A stretch of DNA of 64,000 nt from Candidatus Cloacimonadales bacterium (GTDB taxonomy: Bacteria > Cloacimonadota > Cloacimonadia > Cloacimonadales > DAONDQ01). Each line of letters opens with the position of its first letter. Within the stretch, counting starts at the first letter, position 1. The stretch spans positions 1,856,001 through 1,920,000 of the forward strand of contig OY759316.1 of assembly GCA_963662275.1 (NCBI GenBank), written 5' to 3'. Shown one piece after another: positions 58,266 to 64,000 of this stretch. The position numbers and the translations under genes were made by a program. The notes beneath the pieces are model-generated. The model was not told the origin of the DNA. It was given only the letters and a program-made list of their open reading frames with translations, and ran no database searches.

Positions 58266-59276
58266 TTAAAAACTATCAAAATAAATCTTTTCTTTGGGAA
58301 TGCCCAATTCAGTCAATGCCTTTTGTACAGCATTGATCATACCTGGGCTGCCGCAAAGGTAAGCCTCGGTATTCTTTGGGTCACGTATCTTTTCTTGAAA
58401 AAATGTCATAGTATAACCCGTTTTTCCATTCCAATTATCTTCAGGATCAGGAGAGGAAAGCACAGGAATATATTCATAATGGGGGAATACGGAATTAAAA
58501 TGATTCATATAGTCTACCAAGTATAAATCCTTTAATGATTTTGCACCAAAGAAATTAACCATATATCTATTTGAACCGGTGACTTCTAAATGCTCCAGCA
58601 TCGCTTTAATAGGAGCTAAACCTGAACCACCGGATATAAAGAATACATCAGCTTGGGTATCTTGGATGATGAAATTCCCCCAGGGACCAGTCATACTAAC
58701 TTCATCGCCGACTTTCAAGTAATCATGTATCCATGTTGTTACAATTCCTTCAGGTACTTTTCGAACAATTAACTGCAAATGATCTTTCATTTCAGGTTTG
58801 GATGAAATGGAATATGCCCTGGTGGTGGAATGCGTTACCCTTTCATAGGTATGAGATTCTATTTGAACGAATTGTCCTGCTTGAAATTCAATCGAATCCG
58901 GTAACAGTATTTTGAATGTGATACCCCTTATATCATAGGTATAATCAGTGATTTCTTCAACCACTGCTATGAAGCGTTTAATATTGATAATAGATTCTGG
59001 GAGTAAAATACGTATATCATTTATTACTTGAACCTGGCAGGATAAACGTGTTTGATTTGAAATATCCAATGGGGACAGGATTACTGTTTCCCTGGGTGAT
59101 AATTCTCCACCCCCTTCTAAAACCTTACATCTGCAAGTTCCGCAAAATCCTCTTCCTCCACAGGCAGATGGAAGAAATATCTGTTTTTCTGCAAGTGAAG
59201 ATAAAAGCGAAGCTCCACCAGTCACAGTAATTTCATGTTCATTGTTGATGTTGATCCGATACTGCTTGTTATCCAT
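58266..59276 (-). CDS. 2Fe-2S / FAD / NAD-binding oxidoreductase (NqrF/DmpP-like)
   Basis: CGGRGFCGTCRC...RLSCQ, RAYSISS, GGSGLAP, YLCGSP. Confidence 0.88.
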   Translation of the reverse strand: MDNKQYRININNEHEITVTGGASLLSSLAEKQIFLPSACGGRGFCGTCRCKVLEGGGELSPRETVILSPLDISNQTRLSCQVQVINDIRILLPESIINIKRFIAVVEEITDYTYDIRGITFKILLPDSIEFQAGQFVQIESHTYERVTHSTTRAYSISSKPEMKDHLQLIVRKVPEGIVTTWIHDYLKVGDEVSMTGPWGNFIIQDTQADVFFISGGSGLAPIKAMLEHLEVTGSNRYMVNFFGAKSLKDLYLVDYMNHFNSVFPHYEYIPVLSSPDPEDNWNGKTGYTMTFFQEKIRDPKNTEAYLCGSPGMINAVQKALTELGIPKEKIYFDSF

Positions 59277-59471
59277 ACATACAACCTGGATAAAATATAC
59301 AATAGTTTTTCATGATTCCTCAAAGAATATTTTTCTTCATATTTAATCACTATCTTCGCAGAAAGAATAGGGAATTTGTCAATAAAAGAATATTTTGGAT
59401 TGTTAATTTTCCTTGACCAAATTGCCTGTTAAAAGAGGTATTCAATAATCATTCTCTATAGGAGTATTCTT

Positions 59472-60332
59472 ATGAGTAAAATCGCCATTTATTACTTTTC
59501 CGGAACAGCTAATACGGAATGTGTCGTTAAACTCTATCGTGACGAATTGAGCAAGTTAGGTAACCAGGTCGATATCTTCAGGATGGAAGAACCACGAGAG
59601 AACCAGGTAGATATCAATGTCTATGATATGATAGGTTTTGCCTATCCTGTTCATGCTTTCAGCGCTCCGCGTCTAGTTTTCAAATTTATTGAAAGACTAC
59701 CTGCCGGATTGAATAAACCTTGTTTCATATTCAGAGTGTCAGGTGGGTACAGTACCATCAATAATGGCTCTGCAATCTTCGTGAGAGAGAACCTGGTGAA
59801 GAAAGGCTACAAAGTATTTCATGAAAGTGCTCTGCTGATGGCTACAAACTTTATCGTTAAAAACTCTGACGAGGAAATTAAAAAGCTTTATAAAGTAGCT
59901 CAAGAAAAAGCGGTGAAATTCTCGAAAGAAATACATGAGCACACTAAGAGACTTGAAAAAGTCTCTGAATTCAATCGCTTGATCAGCCATCTTGCTGACT
60001 TCGAACATTTTGGCGGAAGGATGCTTGGAAAGTTTCACTACCATACAACCGCTGATTGTATTCTTTGTGGGAAATGCGTGCAAAGCTGTCCTGCGAAGAA
60101 CATATATCTTAAACACGAATGCATCAGATTTGGCTTTGAATGCACGCTCTGTATGCGATGCCTATATGTGTGTCCTGTAAATGCGATTAAAGTCAGGTTG
60201 TTTGATTTTATCAAGGTAAAGGACGGTTTTAATTTGAAGGCAATACTTGAGAATGATGCCATAATAGACTCATTTGAAAGGAATAACGAAGATTCGTTTT
60301 ATAAGAAATATAAATCATACATTGAAGCGTAG
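59472..60332 (+). CDS. EFR1-family flavodoxin-ferredoxin fusion
   Basis: YFSGTANT N-terminus; two 4Fe-4S motifs CILCGKCVQSCP and CTLCMRCLYVCP. Confidence 0.88.
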   Translation: MSKIAIYYFSGTANTECVVKLYRDELSKLGNQVDIFRMEEPRENQVDINVYDMIGFAYPVHAFSAPRLVFKFIERLPAGLNKPCFIFRVSGGYSTINNGSAIFVRENLVKKGYKVFHESALLMATNFIVKNSDEEIKKLYKVAQEKAVKFSKEIHEHTKRLEKVSEFNRLISHLADFEHFGGRMLGKFHYHTTADCILCGKCVQSCPAKNIYLKHECIRFGFECTLCMRCLYVCPVNAIKVRLFDFIKVKDGFNLKAILENDAIIDSFERNNEDSFYKKYKSYIEA

Positions 60333-60371
60333 CAGTACTTCCTAAAGAAGGTGGTACATTAAAGGAGTAAC

Positions 60372-60839
60372 ATGGAACATTCCACTTTCAGTAATACCTA
60401 CCAGCATGTCAAATCTCCATCCAAGGTAGCTCTTGCCATAATGGAGACACCCGAAGGCAAATATAACCTCATCACTTTGAAATGGTTCATGCGTACTTCC
60501 ATTGAACCTGAAATGTTTGCAATTTCGATAGGATTATCGAGATTTAGCCATGAATGCCTGCAACAGGCTAAGTACTTTAATCTTTGCATTCCTTCAGAAG
60601 ATATGAAAGATCATACTATGTTTTGCGGTACTGTAAGTGGTAGAGTATCAAATAAACTGGAAGAAATAGGGGAGGAGTGGTTCCCTGGAAAACTGAATAA
60701 ACTTCCCATTCTAAAGAACGGAGCAGCTAACTTTGAATGCGAGATTGTTACCCAGGTTAGAAGTGGTGACCATACTATCTTCGTCGGAGTTGTCAAGCAT
60801 GCCTGGGTTGATGAAGATAAGAAGATGCTGCTGCTCTAA
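60372..60839 (+). CDS. Flavin reductase family protein
   Basis: SIEPEMFAISI, GTVSGR, FECEI...GDHTIFVG. Confidence 0.88.
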   Translation: MEHSTFSNTYQHVKSPSKVALAIMETPEGKYNLITLKWFMRTSIEPEMFAISIGLSRFSHECLQQAKYFNLCIPSEDMKDHTMFCGTVSGRVSNKLEEIGEEWFPGKLNKLPILKNGAANFECEIVTQVRSGDHTIFVGVVKHAWVDEDKKMLLL

Positions 60840-60994
60840 GGAAGTTCGAAGTTCGAAGTTCGAAGTGCGAAGTTGAAAAAAATCTAAGTTCTCCGAGTGA
60901 ATAGATTTATCTATTTGTATCGAGGAGACGACATTGGAAGTTTGAAGTGCGAAGTTCGAAGTAGCAGAATAAGAAATAAGCATAAGAGGATATT

Positions 60995-61495
60995 ATGGAT
61001 AAAATCATACTTAACAGAATATTAGCATTGCCTTTCAGTGCAGAGCTAACATTAGATATACCTGAATCATCAGTCAATTCGCTGATGCAGGACTGTCTTG
61101 ATCTATCCTATATTGAGGAACCAACAATTATCTTTCATGAGGGTTATTTCACATTTTCAGGGAATGTCAGTATGATAGTGACTTCAATCAAAATACATTT
61201 GGATTTGGAGATTCGTGGGATATTCTTTGATGGAACACAACTCATCATAGATTTCAAGGATCATGGAGAGACAATATCCGGTATTACTAAAATATTGAAA
61301 TTCTTAGGATCTATGTTCTCTAAAACGCTTTCTATTGAAGGAAAAGTAATTCGTATTGATCTTTCCTCCAAGATATCCAGCCTAATGGAAAAGCAAACTC
61401 TCCGAATGCAGAATATCATTAAATCTATTCGCCTAGAGAAACCAGAAATCACGGAAGGTAGTATTAAGTTAACTATGAAGAGAGAAGCGTGGTAA
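60995..61495 (+). CDS. Hypothetical protein
   Basis: 166-aa ORF with GAGGA RBS; no recognised motif. Confidence 0.65.
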   Translation: MDKIILNRILALPFSAELTLDIPESSVNSLMQDCLDLSYIEEPTIIFHEGYFTFSGNVSMIVTSIKIHLDLEIRGIFFDGTQLIIDFKDHGETISGITKILKFLGSMFSKTLSIEGKVIRIDLSSKISSLMEKQTLRMQNIIKSIRLEKPEITEGSIKLTMKREAW

Positions 61496-61540
61496 ATGTT
61501 ATAAATAACGTTTTACGACGCAATCTACTAAGCAATCATA

Positions 61541-63253
61541 CTATTTCAATAAGACCATCTTTCTATTCACGGTTGCATTGTTCATGCTGATCATGGCAAA
61601 ATAAACTCCGGAAGCCACTGCATTATTATTGTCATCTTTCCCATTCCAAGTAACTGAATGTTGTCCCGCTATTTGGTTTTCGTTGATGAGAGTTCTCACA
61701 TGCTGACCTTTAATATTATAGATACTCAGTTCTGTTTGCCCTTTTGTTGGTAGGATGTAGGATATGGTTGTTGTGGGGTTGAAAGGGTTGGGGTAGTTAC
61801 TTAAACAAAGACATGAACCAAGAGATGGAATATTGTTATCCTCCACTGCTACCGGTACACCGAACTCATAGGCACCCATATCAACACGAGTAATACTATC
61901 TCCATTCCCATCCCATAAACGAGCACAACCAGCTAAATCCATTGCTGGAAGATTTAATCCAGTTATGTCGGGTACTCCTGTATCAATACACGGAGACAAC
62001 ATGGTTAATGAATAATTACAATTGTTAGGGCTTGAAAAGAGAGGGTTTTGATCAATATTGTTTGTATATAAGGAAGTATCATAAGGTACATCACTAAAAG
62101 CAAAGTCAGCTAATCCATCTTGGATATCGCAATAACTGATAATCGGTTGGCTATTATCTGAACCTGAACCTGAATCTAAGGATACTTGGTTACCTTCGTC
62201 TGCGCTGTTACCCCAAATGATATTATTTATTAATGTTGGAGAACCACCGCCACATTTAATTCCACCTCCTTTATCATGTGCAACATTATAAACAACAGTG
62301 TTATTGGCAATAATACCTGCGCCATATTCAACATTTATACCCCCAGCATTATTGTCAGAAGAAGTATTGTGAGCAACCAGATTTCCGATAATCATAGGAG
62401 AACCATAACCACATGATATTCCGCCTCCCGGTGCTCCAGCAGTATTGTTGACAATTATATTATTAATTATTGTAGGTGAATCATATCCGCATAAGATTCC
62501 CCCCGCTGATCCATCTACTGCACTATTGCTCATTATTGTGTTATCGCATATATTAGGAGAACCATAAAGGGAAAAGATTCCACCACCATCTCCAGATGCG
62601 CTATTGCCAATTATTAAATTATTGCTTATTTTCGAAGAACTATAATAACAGAAAATTCCAGCGCCAGCTTCTGAAGTATTGTATTTGATTTTATTGTATG
62701 TTATGATAGGCGCGCAGTTGTAAATAAACACTCCTCCACCAACAATGACATATACATCTAGTGCAGGAGAGACAATATGTACTAAAGTGCTGGCAAGATT
62801 GTTCGATATTCTATTGTGTGATATCCTCAGCTTGGAGAAATTACTTACATTGATTCCGGAATTATTGCTGTTTTCGATTATTGAATAGGTTATGAAGGTC
62901 GAGTCGTTTGCAACCGAGGTGCTATCAAATTGAATACCACCCCATCTTTGACCAACCACTGCAGTATTAAAATGAATACTGTCCTGTTCTGTACCTTGAG
63001 CCAAAAGTCGCCCGAATACTTTCAGGCTGTAATTTCCCTGGAAGGATACGCTAATTCCCGGATTGATTGTAAGGGTAATCCCGTTGTTCACGGTAATATC
63101 ACCGGTCACACGTACAGAATCTACTCCTGACCAAATAGTGTTTGTGGTTATTGTTCCTGAAGCGTCGAAATACGTTGCTTGAAGCATAAGAGGAAATACC
63201 ATAACCAACATTGTAATGAAGAAAAGTAAATAGATTCTGTTTTGTTTAAACAT
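61541..63253 (-). CDS. Secreted right-handed beta-helix protein with FlgD/T9SS-type C-terminal domain
   Basis: Signal peptide; repeated N...GGGI motifs; SPCIDTG...DMGAYE; NYPNPFNPTTTISY...KMVLLK. Confidence 0.85.
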   Translation of the reverse strand: MFKQNRIYLLFFITMLVMVFPLMLQATYFDASGTITTNTIWSGVDSVRVTGDITVNNGITLTINPGISVSFQGNYSLKVFGRLLAQGTEQDSIHFNTAVVGQRWGGIQFDSTSVANDSTFITYSIIENSNNSGINVSNFSKLRISHNRISNNLASTLVHIVSPALDVYVIVGGGVFIYNCAPIITYNKIKYNTSEAGAGIFCYYSSSKISNNLIIGNSASGDGGGIFSLYGSPNICDNTIMSNSAVDGSAGGILCGYDSPTIINNIIVNNTAGAPGGGISCGYGSPMIIGNLVAHNTSSDNNAGGINVEYGAGIIANNTVVYNVAHDKGGGIKCGGGSPTLINNIIWGNSADEGNQVSLDSGSGSDNSQPIISYCDIQDGLADFAFSDVPYDTSLYTNNIDQNPLFSSPNNCNYSLTMLSPCIDTGVPDITGLNLPAMDLAGCARLWDGNGDSITRVDMGAYEFGVPVAVEDNNIPSLGSCLCLSNYPNPFNPTTTISYILPTKGQTELSIYNIKGQHVRTLINENQIAGQHSVTWNGKDDNNNAVASGVYFAMISMNNATVNRKMVLLK

Positions 63254-63420
63254 TTTCTCTCCTTATCGTTTTTTAATGCTTTCATGTAGAGTAGGACGCT
63301 GTTCCTGCTTTCTGCATTCGAACTTCCCCAGACTCCGTTCCTGCTGAATCTACCTTCTTGCAGAGCAGATGTTGAAATCAATTCAACAACCACCGAAAGC
63401 AATTCGGCGTTCCTTCTGCA

Positions 63421-64000
63421 TCACCTGACTGCCTTCACATAGTAAAACAATCGTCTGTTTCCCATCCTACTGCATGTCCAGGTGATACGAGTTGAGCGTG
63501 ATTTTAGATCGGCTCTTTCAGTACCAAAGGTGCCATATCCAGTCCATTCTGAATAATTTTCATTCGGGAAATTGCTGACAAAAACCTTGTATGAACTTGC
63601 TGTATAAACAGCATCCCAGCTTAGTTTGACATTCTGCCCTATCATTTCAATTGCCAGATTTTGTGGTATACCCAGAGTTTGAGGCGGATTAACATGCAAA
63701 CTTATGGGAATCGTATATTGAGGATTTCCAGGTTCATCGCTGGTTATGATTACATTACCTGTGAAATCTCCTGCCCACAATGCGTCTGAAGCTAATTGTA
63801 TAGTTCCATGGTTTGTGCTACTTGCATTGACAGTACCAGACCATGCATTTACGGAGATCATCGGGCAAATTCGTATTGCTAAATTGCTATGAATATAGGA
63901 AGCATTACGCACTATTTGCAGTCCCTGAGTACCATCCTGATTTTCAATTCCAACTGCACAAAGGTTGTTTAATGCACTCGCATTCAGATATTGCATCGTT
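63421..64000 (-). CDS. C-terminal part of a secreted Ig/FN3-like domain protein; 5' end probably outside the window
   Basis: ORF reaches the window edge; PQNLAIE...LSWDAV...YKV...FYYVKAVR FN3-like end. Confidence 0.65.
   Translation of the reverse strand, partial: TMQYLNASALNNLCAVGIENQDGTQGLQIVRNASYIHSNLAIRICPMISVNAWSGTVNASSTNHGTIQLASDALWAGDFTGNVIITSDEPGNPQYTIPISLHVNPPQTLGIPQNLAIEMIGQNVKLSWDAVYTASSYKVFVSNFPNENYSEWTGYGTFGTERADLKSRSTRITWTCSRMGNRRLFYYVKAVR

Noticed and set aside
673..63402. Many short ORFs antisense to or nested in long genes (e.g. 5162-5620, 6460-7065, 24824-25306)
   Set aside because: Shadow ORFs of well-supported genes with no independent coding evidence.

Overview
Bacterial genomic DNA, AT-rich. 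FlgD-type C-terminal domain secreted proteins and a PorV-like barrel suggest an FCB-related lineage such as Cloacimonadota (inference). The left half is a 32.2-kb transposon (3443-35610) with 35-bp terminal inverted repeats and a 5-bp target-site duplication (CCTGT). Its core is three genes: a Mu/TnsB-type DDE transposase, a MuB/TnsC-type AAA+ ATPase and an unknown tandem-HTH protein; no TnsA, TniQ, resolvase, cas or phage structural genes were recognised. The cargo is defence-like: a frameshifted AEP primase-SF2 helicase, sbcDC, and one long operon in which a type 1 BREX system (HTH, brxA, brxB, brxC, yhcG-like, pglX, pglZ, brxL with a PLD-like rather than Lon C-terminus) is translationally coupled to an extra module (unknown 275-aa protein, two BrxD-like ATPases, Lhr-like helicase). 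The right half holds a 10-gene starch/maltodextrin locus without SusC/SusD, housekeeping genes (tsaB, asparaginase, redox proteins), secreted FlgD-domain proteins and several intergenic repeat families. All product calls come from motif recognition; no database searches were run.
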